A stretch of 64,000 nucleotides of DNA from an uncultured Gammaproteobacteria bacterium (lineage in GTDB: Bacteria > Patescibacteriota > Microgenomatia > CAYXHB01 > CAZYTL01): the NCBI GenBank assembly GCA_964650355.1, contig CAZYTL010000001.1, forward strand, positions 149,552 through 213,551. The letters are read 5' to 3'. Below are positions 21,224 to 31,109 of the stretch, piece by piece; within the stretch, counting starts at the first letter, position 1, and every line of letters begins with the position of its first letter. The notes under the pieces are model-generated. The model was given only the letters and a program-made list of their open reading frames with translations, did no database searches and had not been told where the DNA came from. Made by a program: the position numbers and the translations under genes.

Positions 21224-22492
21224 ATGGACCAAATATTGTTTATTCTTCTCTGCACTTACTTGATTTTACTGCCTTTTGGCCAATTGCCTCGTTTCCCCAC
21301 TAACTGGATTGGTGTAACTATTCATCCGGCCGACTTTATTGTAGGCTTAATCTGGTTGGTTTGGCTAGCTGGATTTTTAATCCAAAAAAAGAGGAGCAGG
21401 ATCATCACGCCTCTTCATCGGCCTTTGGCCGTCTTTCCCTTGGTTGCCCTCTTGTCACTGCTAGTATCAGCTTTGGGGACTCCGTTGTCGGAAACTCTGG
21501 TTGCCGGACTATATTTACTCCGTTGGGTAGCTTATGCAGGATTGTTCCTGGTCACTCTCAAACTGGCTCCAATTAAACCTTATCGCCACAGCCTTCACCA
21601 ATTGCTCATCATCAGTATCACTTCTTTGGCGGTTTTTGGGCTCGTCCAATATTTTATCTATCCTGACTTAAGATCCTTATTTTATGTGGGTTGGGACGAA
21701 CATTACTATCGGCTGACTAGTACTTTTCTGGACCCGGGATTCACCGGCGTCGTATTGCTCATGGGTCTCATTACTCTCTTGTCGACTGGGTCCAAATCTC
21801 TTTTATACAAGAGATTTGGTGGAATCAATTCTCAAAAGCTGTTCATCAAATGGCTGTTGATTATCGTAACTTATGTGGCCTTAGCTTTAACTTACTCTAG
21901 AGCTACCTATGTGGCTTTAACCGGCTCAATCACAGTCTTGGCCTGGATAAAACGTTCTTGGAAAATTATTGCCCTAGGCATAGTTATCATCGTGGCTACC
22001 TGGTGGCTGCTTCCCAGACCAGCCGGAGAAGGGGGCAACCTGGCTCGCACGTCCACCATTAATTATCGCTTCACTAACTGGCAACAAGCCTGGCAAGTAT
22101 TTATAGATCACCCGATATTAGGAGTGGGCTTTAATCGTTATCGGTATATCCAAAGAGATTACGGATTTCTCCCCCCTGAAAAATGGACGGTTTCTCATTC
22201 CGCCTCCGGAGTAGACAACAGCTGGTTGTTTGTACTAACCACCACCGGCCTTGTGGGTTTCGCTACTTATATCTGGTTGTGGGTGTCGGCCTTCAAGTCC
22301 GTCTGGCCATTAGTAAACAAAAGTCAACCAAAAAACGGAAAGCCGAAAAAAAGCCACCGCCAGTTGCCAATATTTTTAGTCTTGATCGCCCTTCTCATCC
22401 ATTCTCAATTTCACAACACATTATTTTATCCGCCGGTCATGGCTGTTATGTGGATACTCCTCGGTCTGTCTCTAGAGTTGACAGAAAATTGA
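21224..22492 (+). CDS. O-antigen ligase family membrane protein
   Basis: Multi-TM; RLTSTFLDP, TYSR, HPILGVGF. Confidence 0.85.
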   Translation: MDQILFILLCTYLILLPFGQLPRFPTNWIGVTIHPADFIVGLIWLVWLAGFLIQKKRSRIITPLHRPLAVFPLVALLSLLVSALGTPLSETLVAGLYLLRWVAYAGLFLVTLKLAPIKPYRHSLHQLLIISITSLAVFGLVQYFIYPDLRSLFYVGWDEHYYRLTSTFLDPGFTGVVLLMGLITLLSTGSKSLLYKRFGGINSQKLFIKWLLIIVTYVALALTYSRATYVALTGSITVLAWIKRSWKIIALGIVIIVATWWLLPRPAGEGGNLARTSTINYRFTNWQQAWQVFIDHPILGVGFNRYRYIQRDYGFLPPEKWTVSHSASGVDNSWLFVLTTTGLVGFATYIWLWVSAFKSVWPLVNKSQPKNGKPKKSHRQLPIFLVLIALLIHSQFHNTLFYPPVMAVMWILLGLSLELTEN

Positions 22493-22612
22493 ATAACCAA
22501 TACACCGGTCCAATTTTTAAGAGTCCACCTTTTATTCTTACTAATTTTGTTTCTCAAAACAAGAATTGATTTTAGTTCAACCGTATATAGACTGAAACCA
22601 GAAAAGACTAAG

Positions 22613-22819
22613 ATGGAAAAATTGACTTTGAACAAAGCGAAACTTGGAGGGCTCATAGAAAGATTCAAATCAACATACTGGTTTGTCCTCGGTTCAAGAA
22701 TCATCCACCCTCCAACAGAACTGGTGAAAAGAGCAGGATTATTAGATGAATGGCATAGAATGCCACCCGTAGATCAACGAATAGTAATTGTCCCTCCAAA
22801 CGCCAAAGAGCAAAATTAA
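22613..22819 (+). CDS. small hypothetical protein
   Basis: ORF from MEKL; start uncertain. Confidence 0.35.
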   Translation: MEKLTLNKAKLGGLIERFKSTYWFVLGSRIIHPPTELVKRAGLLDEWHRMPPVDQRIVIVPPNAKEQN

Positions 22820-22829
22820 CAAATCAAAG

Positions 22830-23561
22830 CTATGGATTATAAGTAACCTTCACTTCCTCTACGGTTTCATTGCCGGATTCATCACTAGCTACCACTCTAA
22901 TTACATTTTCTCCATCCTGTAGTTCAATAAAAGTATAGAAAGTCCCGTTTTGATCCACAATTACAGATCTGTCGTTAACTTTGACCCGGGCATCCTCATC
23001 CGTCGTGCCTCTAACCTCGACTCGTTTCTGCTCGCTACCATAAAATTTATTGCCTGTTTGGGGTTTTTCCAGAGACAGATTGGGCGGTTTATTATCATAT
23101 ACCACCAGTTCTCTCTGAGACTCCGCGCTTGTATTTTGCGCTTCATCTTTAGCCATCGCTGAGAACCAATTATAGCCCGAATCTAATTCGACGTTTGAAG
23201 CCAAAAACTTTCCATCAGCATCAGCGGTAACCTTTTTGACCGAATGTTGATTCAAAAATATTTCCACCTCCGCTCCTGGTTCAGAAAAACCCATTAGATT
23301 CATGGTAGCGCTATTTGTAGCCGTGAACGGAATTTCCATCCTGGGCGGAGCAGGAGGAACCTGATCATCTGCCACTACCGTAGTGTCTCCGGACTTCCAG
23401 TCACCATACATAACCGCAATCTTAATAAATAAAGGCAAACCCCAAAAATACAAACCGGCCAATACCAAACCGGTCAAAAACATCCAAAAAACAGCCTGCC
23501 GCCACTGACTTTGCTGTTTTTTCCTCTCCAATCGTGACTGATACTGCCTTCTAGAAACCAT
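22830..23561 (-). CDS. Membrane-anchored protein with two Ig-like domains
   Basis: N-terminal TM, G.SEPGAEV, DG.F, G.N.I...A.D.SGN repeats. Confidence 0.8.
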   Translation of the reverse strand: MVSRRQYQSRLERKKQQSQWRQAVFWMFLTGLVLAGLYFWGLPLFIKIAVMYGDWKSGDTTVVADDQVPPAPPRMEIPFTATNSATMNLMGFSEPGAEVEIFLNQHSVKKVTADADGKFLASNVELDSGYNWFSAMAKDEAQNTSAESQRELVVYDNKPPNLSLEKPQTGNKFYGSEQKRVEVRGTTDEDARVKVNDRSVIVDQNGTFYTFIELQDGENVIRVVASDESGNETVEEVKVTYNP

Positions 23562-23614
23562 AATCCATTACTTAAGTGTAACACCTTGAGAAAAATAGTT
23601 ACAGGTTAACAGTG

Positions 23615-23686
23615 AGCCAGGAGTGGGATTCGAACCCACGACCCACGGTTTACGATACCGTTGCTCTACCCCTGAGCTACCCTGGC
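23615..23686 (-). tRNA. tRNA-Thr(CGT)
   Basis: GCCAGGG/TCCTGGC acceptor, ACGGT-ATCGTAA-ACCGT anticodon arm, GTGGG-TTCGAAT-CCCAC T arm; no encoded CCA. Confidence 0.95.
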
Positions 23687-23769
23687 ACAGGCTTATTTTA
23701 CCAGAGTGTACAATTCAAATATACAAAAATATTTAAAAACGTTTATACTTAATCACAAATATCCTGGTT

Positions 23770-24087
23770 ATGATTACTTTTGACGAGTTCAAGAAAGTTG
23801 AATTACAAGTGGCCACCATTACCGGAGTGGAAAAGGTAGCCGGCTCCAATAAATTACTCAAGCTCCAGATTGACCTGGGCGACGAGACTCGCCAATTACT
23901 GGCCGGATTGGCCGAATATTACTCGCCTGAAGAACTTATAAACACTCAAATCGTGGTGGTCGCCAATTTAGAACCCAAAAAACTCATGGGCTTGGAAAGC
24001 CAGGGCATGCTATTGGCGGCCAATGGAGATACTCCTCAATTACTCAGACCCGCTCAACCTGTCCCGGCAGGAACTCAAGTATTTTAA
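23770..24087 (+). CDS. tRNA-binding OB-fold protein (MetRS C-terminal/Trbp111/CsaA-like)
   Basis: ITFDEF, KLLKLQIDLG, NLEPKKLMGLESQGMLLAA. Confidence 0.92.
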   Translation: MITFDEFKKVELQVATITGVEKVAGSNKLLKLQIDLGDETRQLLAGLAEYYSPEELINTQIVVVANLEPKKLMGLESQGMLLAANGDTPQLLRPAQPVPAGTQVF

Positions 24088-24180
24088 TCAACTGCTGTTA
24101 ATTTTCACTTCAGGTAAGGTGACGACTCTGTGATTAATTCTTCCTTGTTAACTAGCAGACATGGTAGACTGATAATAACC

Positions 24181-25620
24181 ATGTCCGAATTAAAGCCTCC
24201 TGCTGCCGCACCCCGACCCAAACCCGCTTTTATTCCACAACCTGCCAAACCGGAAAAACCAATCACCTTTCCTTCAGCGTGGAAACCTTCTTTCAACCCG
24301 TCTCCTTCTCAAGTCCCCAGTAGAAAAAGAATCATTATCGTTTTAAGCGCTATTTTTTTTCTTATCATAATTGCCACTTTGGTCACCTCTTTATTCAAAA
24401 AACCTGCCAAACCACCGATCACCGTTCCGAATCCACCCAGAACTAGTCCTCCTCCAGCCACCATCACCCCTGAAATCACGCCTCAAGTTACCAACTTGCC
24501 AACCAAAAGCCCCACTCCCACTATTGAAGTCACTACCACTAGCTGGAATACCTTTAACAGCCAACAAGGAGGCTTTTATTTTTCCTACCCTCAGGACTTA
24601 TCCACTCCGCCTTCTACCAACGTATTTCAAGAATTGCAACCGATTATTTATGAAGACAGCTACTACTTTGACTGCCTAAACCGCCAGTTAGGTACTGCCA
24701 ACCCTTACGCTTGTTGGCTAATCAACATTGATTTTAGTACCGCAGATGCCAGCAGTTTGCTTGCCGGTCCTCCCCAATACTACCAGTTACCAGATCTTAA
24801 TCAGACCGAAATCTCATCTTATGCCGACAAGTTGGGACGCACATGGACTTTACGTGGACCTGACGCTTCCTTTGGTCATTCCGTCCTTTATGCTCAATTA
24901 GCCCAGAATCAAGTAGTTTATCAACTTAAGACCCAAATGGTCACCCGCAGCATGCAGGACTACTTGCGTAACCATCCCCATAATCCCTTTGGCTTTGACC
25001 TGGATACCAGTGCCACTGAAGCGGATGCGGTTAAATTCCATCAGTTATTAGTTCAAGAACTGCTTTCCAATTTTAAAGTCTTTCGCAAACCATTTATCAC
25101 TGAGCCTCGTTGGCTCCAAGTCAGAGTAAGCAATAACTGGAGTGTGGCCTACCCGGAAAATTGGCAGCTTTACAAACCAACGGATCGCCAACTGCTACCG
25201 GATGACGAAGGCTTGTTCGAAGGCTGGTATGGTAGCGGCGAGTCTATTAGCTTTCACCGCTATGCTGTACATTTAGCCACTCCTAACTTATCTCAATACC
25301 CAGCTTCTGCACGGCAGTCGCAAACGGCTTGGAAAGACTACCTCATTAGCATGCTCACTAGCGACCAAGCTCAACAAGTCAGTGAACAACTAGTCAATAA
25401 AAGATACAGAGAAGGCCCGGTAATGCTCTTAAATTATCCTGATCTGACCAACTTCCACACCGACGCTGCCTTGCCTGACAGCCCGGTACATTTAGCATTA
25501 ATCTGGAAAACGGACAAATTGCCTATTCGCATGATCACCATCAAACAACTTGACGGACTGTACGAATCAGACAGCATGGCCAGAGTACTAGAAAAATTCA
25601 CCAAACTCCTGTTCGAGTAA
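24181..25620 (+). CDS. Pro-rich membrane-anchored hypothetical protein (two PsbP-like starts)
   Basis: Single TM, WNTF..GFYFSYP and WSVAYPENW motifs. Confidence 0.6.
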   Translation: MSELKPPAAAPRPKPAFIPQPAKPEKPITFPSAWKPSFNPSPSQVPSRKRIIIVLSAIFFLIIIATLVTSLFKKPAKPPITVPNPPRTSPPPATITPEITPQVTNLPTKSPTPTIEVTTTSWNTFNSQQGGFYFSYPQDLSTPPSTNVFQELQPIIYEDSYYFDCLNRQLGTANPYACWLINIDFSTADASSLLAGPPQYYQLPDLNQTEISSYADKLGRTWTLRGPDASFGHSVLYAQLAQNQVVYQLKTQMVTRSMQDYLRNHPHNPFGFDLDTSATEADAVKFHQLLVQELLSNFKVFRKPFITEPRWLQVRVSNNWSVAYPENWQLYKPTDRQLLPDDEGLFEGWYGSGESISFHRYAVHLATPNLSQYPASARQSQTAWKDYLISMLTSDQAQQVSEQLVNKRYREGPVMLLNYPDLTNFHTDAALPDSPVHLALIWKTDKLPIRMITIKQLDGLYESDSMARVLEKFTKLLFE

Positions 25621-25654
25621 TCGAAGAAACAACTGCGTTTCACTACTACGAGTT

Positions 25655-26719
25655 ATGACAACTGACCTTGATGCATTTTTAGATGCCATAGTTAAAGCCC
25701 ATTCAGAGATGGATATCACTCAATGTTGGCCTGCTCACCCGGCCCAGATCGAAGCTTCAATCAGTGACCTGATTGCTATGCGTCTCTTTCACAAGTATCA
25801 ACAAAATAAATCAAAATTTTTTCAGGCACTCAATCACGTACGGATTGACTCGGTGAGAACATACTTGTACCAAGCTGGTTTGGTAGGACTAAAAGTAGCC
25901 CGGGTACATCCTAAATTAGGTCATAAAATAACTATCAAAGACACAGAGAATTACCTGCTGAATGCTCTGAAGGCTCTTCAAAAAAGAATCCACAGCGACG
26001 TCTTATGTCGGGACAAAAAGAATTTATTATCCTCGGCAGAACAAATACGAAACCTGATTCAAAAACAATTTGTTACCAAACTGTCCGCTGTTGATCAAAG
26101 GGAAATTGCCAACCTCAACGTTACCGCAGAGAGCCTCTCTTGGGCGATGTTTTATGATATGTATCGCTCCGGCGGGTTTGTCATCCATGGACCATACGAA
26201 ACTTCGGAAGGTAAACTTTTGGTGAGAGAAAATACAGATTTAAATCCTCCTTTTTGGCCATTTAAGTCCGAATATCAAAACTTAAAAATTTTTCTTCTTT
26301 ATGATCAAGACATCGAAATTTCTTGCGATTTTGCTAATCATTTTACTTACCGGAAACCTATTTTATATAAATTAAAAGCCTATCGAATAGAAAACAATGG
26401 CCGGGTTATTGACTCTTTAACAAGAATCCTGGAGTTGACTCATGTCTTGGAAAAATATCGTTCACAACACGTCAAACATATTGAGTCACTCAGCCCTTCA
26501 CAGATAATTAGTAAGGGGGCAGAGATCAGCGCTTATCTGTTTAAAAATCTCTGGGAGTACTATGATGAAGATTGGCACCCTAGCCAAGAGACATATCATA
26601 GAATTGACACGGACGGACTTAAATATTGGCAAGAATACCAAGCGTTAAAAGATCAAAAAGAAAGACCTCCGGAGTATTATCGTCGACTATATGACCCCCG
26701 AAACGATTTCATTGGCTAG
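25655..26719 (+). CDS. hypothetical protein
   Basis: 354-aa ORF. Confidence 0.65.
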   Translation: MTTDLDAFLDAIVKAHSEMDITQCWPAHPAQIEASISDLIAMRLFHKYQQNKSKFFQALNHVRIDSVRTYLYQAGLVGLKVARVHPKLGHKITIKDTENYLLNALKALQKRIHSDVLCRDKKNLLSSAEQIRNLIQKQFVTKLSAVDQREIANLNVTAESLSWAMFYDMYRSGGFVIHGPYETSEGKLLVRENTDLNPPFWPFKSEYQNLKIFLLYDQDIEISCDFANHFTYRKPILYKLKAYRIENNGRVIDSLTRILELTHVLEKYRSQHVKHIESLSPSQIISKGAEISAYLFKNLWEYYDEDWHPSQETYHRIDTDGLKYWQEYQALKDQKERPPEYYRRLYDPRNDFIG

Positions 26720-26768
26720 AAGAAAATTAAGCGGGTCTTTCTCTACCAGTAGTTAAAACTCCTGCCCC

Positions 26769-28151
26769 TTACCCGAAAATTTGTTGCGCCCGGATAGCTA
26801 AACCTGCTGCCACAGCAGTAAAACTTTCACCTACCACTACCTTATTTTTACCAAACATGTCAGTCAGCAGCTTCAGGAATAGAGGAATACTGGAAGATCC
26901 ACCAGTAGTAATCACCTCATCTATCTGAGCAGGGGAAAAACGTGCCTGACCAAGCACCTGATTAATGCAATCGCGAGTCTCCTCCACATAACCCTGAATC
27001 ATGTTTTCAAAGGCTGCTCTGCTCAGATTTTCCTTGATCTCATAACTCTTACCAGAAAAAGCAATGTCTTCCTGATCATGAAAAGACAGGCCGATTTTTG
27101 CCCGATCGATTTCCTGATATAAAGAGAAGCCCCGGTCACTTAAGATCAATTCTTTTAAAGCTTCAATCGGCTGAGGATCATCAGCCAGACCGATCAAGTT
27201 GTCCAGAGATTGAAGACTTTTCATGGTTTTTAATTGCGACATGGCATACCAATTATTCATGGCTGATAGTAAATGGCTGGGAATCGCTCCCTTACCCTGC
27301 ATAAAAGTAGTTTGAGAACCGAAATATTTGGCTAACTTCTCTTGAAAAATTTTCGAATTTAGCAAATCGCCTCCGACCGCTAGACCGCCCACCGCTAAAA
27401 TTTCCTTTTCCGGCAGTCGCATAATGCAGATATCCAAAGTGCCGCCGCCAAAATCGAAAATTAACAAATTGGATCTTTTCGCTATATCCAGACTGAAATT
27501 CAAGGCCGCTCCTACAGGTTCATATTCAAACTCCACTCGTTTAAAGCCGACTTCCTGGGCTACCGTCTTCATCCTGGCCAAAGCCACCGCTTCGTGCGCA
27601 GATTTTCCCACATAGCGAATCGGTCGCCCCAGAACCACCTGGTCAAAGTCAGTACCAGTGGCTTGTTCTGCTCTGATCTTTATGTCATGCAGGATGATGC
27701 TCAACAACTGTTCGATTGAATATCGCGTTTGGTTAACCTCCTCACCATCGTAAAAAGAAATTTCGGTTCCTTGAAAATGCTCGTGCGCCAACACTGTTTT
27801 CAGTGCCTGAATCAGCCTGCCTCGGCCACTGGTGTCCACTTCTACAATCTCCGGCACCATTTTCGTGCCCGCAAACCCGGATATACCGGCTTCTTTAATC
27901 ATTCTAATCATTCTTCCAGTAGCAGCCCGTACCGGTGGCTTATCCGGCAAATTGTTAATGTCCGCCAAATATCTGTCAATTGCCTGTTTACCCACAGCCA
28001 GGCGTTTAAAGGGATTGATATACACATTGGACCTTAAGATTTGGGGATTTTGATTGGCAGGATCAATTTCCAACACCAATGGCCGGCCATTTTCCATCAC
28101 GGCGCAACTGCTGTTGGTGGTGCCAAAATCGATGCCGCAATAATTATTCAT
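26769..28151 (-). CDS. Hsp70-family protein (YegD-like, lacks substrate-binding domain)
   Basis: GIDFGTTNS, GRP, EPVGAA, DFGGGTLD, TGGSS. Confidence 0.9.
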   Translation of the reverse strand: MNNYCGIDFGTTNSSCAVMENGRPLVLEIDPANQNPQILRSNVYINPFKRLAVGKQAIDRYLADINNLPDKPPVRAATGRMIRMIKEAGISGFAGTKMVPEIVEVDTSGRGRLIQALKTVLAHEHFQGTEISFYDGEEVNQTRYSIEQLLSIILHDIKIRAEQATGTDFDQVVLGRPIRYVGKSAHEAVALARMKTVAQEVGFKRVEFEYEPVGAALNFSLDIAKRSNLLIFDFGGGTLDICIMRLPEKEILAVGGLAVGGDLLNSKIFQEKLAKYFGSQTTFMQGKGAIPSHLLSAMNNWYAMSQLKTMKSLQSLDNLIGLADDPQPIEALKELILSDRGFSLYQEIDRAKIGLSFHDQEDIAFSGKSYEIKENLSRAAFENMIQGYVEETRDCINQVLGQARFSPAQIDEVITTGGSSSIPLFLKLLTDMFGKNKVVVGESFTAVAAGLAIRAQQIFG

Positions 28152-28168
28152 AGGTTTTTGTAGGCATT

Positions 28169-28198
28169 AAAAAAGGCGGGTGCCTAGGCACCCGCCTT
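28169..28198 (-). terminator. Intrinsic terminator in 5' leader of Hsp70-like gene
   Basis: Perfect 26-bp palindrome AAGGCGGGTGCCTAGGCACCCGCCTT ending in a 6-T run on the - strand. Confidence 0.75.
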
Positions 28199-28254
28199 GA
28201 TTTCCAACCCAAGGTTACATCTCATAATTAAACTCGTCTACAGTAATGATGTTT

Positions 28255-28283
28255 ATCATAACAAATACATCAACACCCGTCAA
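28255..28283 (-). promoter_or_regulatory. sigma70 promoter of Hsp70-like gene
   Basis: TTGACG-17-TATGAT with extended TG. Confidence 0.65.
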
Positions 28284-28387
28284 ATTTTCCCTCCAGGTGC
28301 TACAATTATCACATCCGCGGGACCCAGCTTTAACTGTAGGGTTCATCCGAGATACATTGTCATTATCAACAATTAAATTTAAAGTCC

Positions 28388-29176
28388 ATGCGCAAATATT
28401 GGTACGTTATAAAAATTTCCCTCATTGAACAAGCCATTTACCCCGTGGCTTTCTTTATCGATTTACTCGGAAACATTTTAATCTTATGTTTATTTTATTT
28501 TTTCCTGACAGCCTTGTTTGCCTCTAGGGCCGAAATCGTTGATCTGTCAAAACCAGAAATAATCACCTACTATGTTTTGACCCTTGTAATCCGGCCTCTT
28601 ACAGTTAGCGGAGGAACAGCAAGAACCATCACCAAAGCCGTAAAAAGAGGTGAACTATCAATGTTCTTAATCAAACCGATTAATTTCAATTTTTACCAAT
28701 TCTGTACCCTATATGTTAAAAAAGTTTTCAGCATTGTCTTACCGGTCAGCGCTCTAATTATTAGTTTCTGGTTATTACCACGTTGGATAATAAAACCGCA
28801 AGCTTGGGAATGGTTCATAACCTCACTCATACTAGCCACGCTGCTAAACTATTTCCTATATTCAATAATTGGTTCCATTGCCTTTTGGACCATAAATACC
28901 TGGGGAATTATCTCTATCTACGGTCGCTTCTCAGACGTGCTTAGCGGAGCGCTATTTCCATTAGATTTCTTGCCGTCTTGGGCATTGAATATAAGTAGTT
29001 ATCTACCTTTTAAATTTATGCATTCCGCAGTAATTAATATATATCTCGGCAGGATTCCAGCGAATGAATTATGGCTATCTATAATTAACCAAGCGGTATG
29101 GGTAGGGGTGCTTTATTTAATTTATCAATTCGTATGGCGAAAGGGGACACAAAAATATGATGCCGTCGGCAATTAA
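28388..29176 (+). CDS. ABC-2 type permease
   Basis: 6 TMs, GELSMFLIKP, SGALFPLDFLP. Confidence 0.88.
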   Translation: MRKYWYVIKISLIEQAIYPVAFFIDLLGNILILCLFYFFLTALFASRAEIVDLSKPEIITYYVLTLVIRPLTVSGGTARTITKAVKRGELSMFLIKPINFNFYQFCTLYVKKVFSIVLPVSALIISFWLLPRWIIKPQAWEWFITSLILATLLNYFLYSIIGSIAFWTINTWGIISIYGRFSDVLSGALFPLDFLPSWALNISSYLPFKFMHSAVINIYLGRIPANELWLSIINQAVWVGVLYLIYQFVWRKGTQKYDAVGN

Positions 29177-29954
29177 ACATTTTCGTTATTGGAAATTACG
29201 ATCCAAAGTTCAAATGATGCATTTCATGGAATATAGAGCCGATCTGCTGATGGGCATTCTCGGTACCTATGGATATAGTTTCGCCAAGCTGACGTTCTTG
29301 GGGGTGTTGTTTACTCAAGTAAATAGTTTGGCCGGGTGGAATTTTTATGAAATGCTCTTGTTATACGCGATTGCTGAACTCATTGTTTATCTACACTATA
29401 GTTTTTTTGGTCCCATAGTCGTACTCTCTGAAGCCGTCTTAAGTGGAGAATTGGATCGATATTTACTCAAACCCTTAAGTGCATTTTTCACTCTCAGTTT
29501 TGATGATTTTCGTTTACTAGAAACCCTACCTTCATTTCTAATTCCCGTAGGAATAATTTGGATATCGAATCCCCACCTCAACTTATTATGGTGGCCCAAC
29601 GGCCCGATTGCCCTTTTAGTATTTGTGATCAGCTTAATAATTTATTTCTTGTTTAAGGCAATTTTAGGTCTGCTTTCATTTTGGATTCTTGACGTTAATC
29701 CCTTGATAAATTTTTATGAGAATCTGTCCGACTTCGAAAAGTATCCTTTGGATATCTTCCCTAAATTTCTTCGTAGTATTTTTCTTACTATCATTCCTAT
29801 TGGTTTAGTCGCTTACGTGCCCACTGTCTTCTTCATCCGCGGATTTCAACTCGATCTATTCCTTTGTCAACTTTTCGGTTTGGGAATTTTTACTACCCTG
29901 ACCAAAATCCTCTGGACTAAAGGTTTACAAAACTACTCCTCAGCTAGCAGCTGA
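29157..29954 (+). CDS. ABC-2 type permease
   Basis: GELDRYLLKP, YPLDIFP, C-terminal YSSASS. Confidence 0.88.
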   Translation: MMPSAIKHFRYWKLRSKVQMMHFMEYRADLLMGILGTYGYSFAKLTFLGVLFTQVNSLAGWNFYEMLLLYAIAELIVYLHYSFFGPIVVLSEAVLSGELDRYLLKPLSAFFTLSFDDFRLLETLPSFLIPVGIIWISNPHLNLLWWPNGPIALLVFVISLIIYFLFKAILGLLSFWILDVNPLINFYENLSDFEKYPLDIFPKFLRSIFLTIIPIGLVAYVPTVFFIRGFQLDLFLCQLFGLGIFTTLTKILWTKGLQNYSSASS

Positions 29955-30001
29955 TTGGTTACCCCTTGGTGACCAACCCTCCTTTATATATAATTCCAAT
30001 T

Positions 30002-30982
30002 ATGGAACCCACCATCAAAGTCAATCATCTGGTCAAGCAATTCAAGGTGCATAAAAAGGAAGAAGGACTTCGTGGCAGCCTCAAGGCCTTATTCAAACGC
30101 GAATACAAAATCGTCGAAGCCGTCAATGACATTAACTTCCACATTAATCAGGGGGAACTGGTTGGATTTATCGGCCCCAACGGCGCCGGCAAAACCACTA
30201 CTCTTAAAACGTTATCCGGCCTGCTTTATCCCACTTCAGGAGAGGTTCACGTTCTCGGATTTACTCCTTACGAACGCAAACATGAATTTCTCAAGCAAAT
30301 CAGCCTGGTCATGGGGCAAAAAAACCAATTGTTCTGGGATCTACCAGCCATCGAGACCTTCAATCTTAACAAAGAAATTTACGAAGTTTCTGATAGCCGC
30401 TATAAAAAGGTGCTTAAGGACCTGATTGACATGCTGGACGTCAAAGACATCATTCACCAGCAGGTGCGCAAACTCAGCCTGGGCCAACGCATGAAATGTG
30501 AACTGATCGCTTCTCTGATTCATACCCCAAAGGTCCTGTTTTTGGACGAACCCACCATCGGCTTAGACGTGGTCATGCAAAAGAAAATGCGGCAATTTAT
30601 CAAAGAATACAACCAAACCTATGAATCTACCATTATCCTTACCAGCCACTATATGGGCGACGTGCAGGAACTGTGCAAACGGATTATCATCATCGATCAT
30701 GGCCACTTGGGATATGACGGTCGGCTGGAAAGCTTGGTTAAAAAGTACGCCAAAAACAAAACTATCACCCTGGTATTTACTGAGGAGATATCTAAAGACA
30801 AACTTAAAGCCTACGGCAAAATCACCCATTATGATCCTCTAAAGGTTACTTTCTCTATTCCCAGATCCAAAGTCAGCGATCTGGCCAGCGAGATGCTTAA
30901 AAAACTTCCGGTCGACGACGTGGATATTGCCGAAACCCCCATTGAAGAGATCATCCGTCAAGTATTCGAAAACTCCAACTGA
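30002..30982 (+). CDS. ABC transporter ATP-binding protein
   Basis: GPNGAGKTT, LSLGQ, FLDEPTIGLD, TSH. Confidence 0.95.
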   Translation: MEPTIKVNHLVKQFKVHKKEEGLRGSLKALFKREYKIVEAVNDINFHINQGELVGFIGPNGAGKTTTLKTLSGLLYPTSGEVHVLGFTPYERKHEFLKQISLVMGQKNQLFWDLPAIETFNLNKEIYEVSDSRYKKVLKDLIDMLDVKDIIHQQVRKLSLGQRMKCELIASLIHTPKVLFLDEPTIGLDVVMQKKMRQFIKEYNQTYESTIILTSHYMGDVQELCKRIIIIDHGHLGYDGRLESLVKKYAKNKTITLVFTEEISKDKLKAYGKITHYDPLKVTFSIPRSKVSDLASEMLKKLPVDDVDIAETPIEEIIRQVFENSN

Positions 30983-31109
30983 TTCAAGTAAGTAGTAACT
31001 AAACATTATATAGCAACTTGTAGGGGTTTTGTCAAGTTGCTAGTTTTGAGCCTGAGTGCTACAATAAAAGCCTAGTAGCTACCAAAAATCAATTTTTGAA
31101 GCTACTAGC

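Noticed and set aside
23615-23686. tRNA-Thr as prophage attachment site
   Set aside because: 7 kb of host-type genes separate it from the integrase and no duplicated 3' end was seen.
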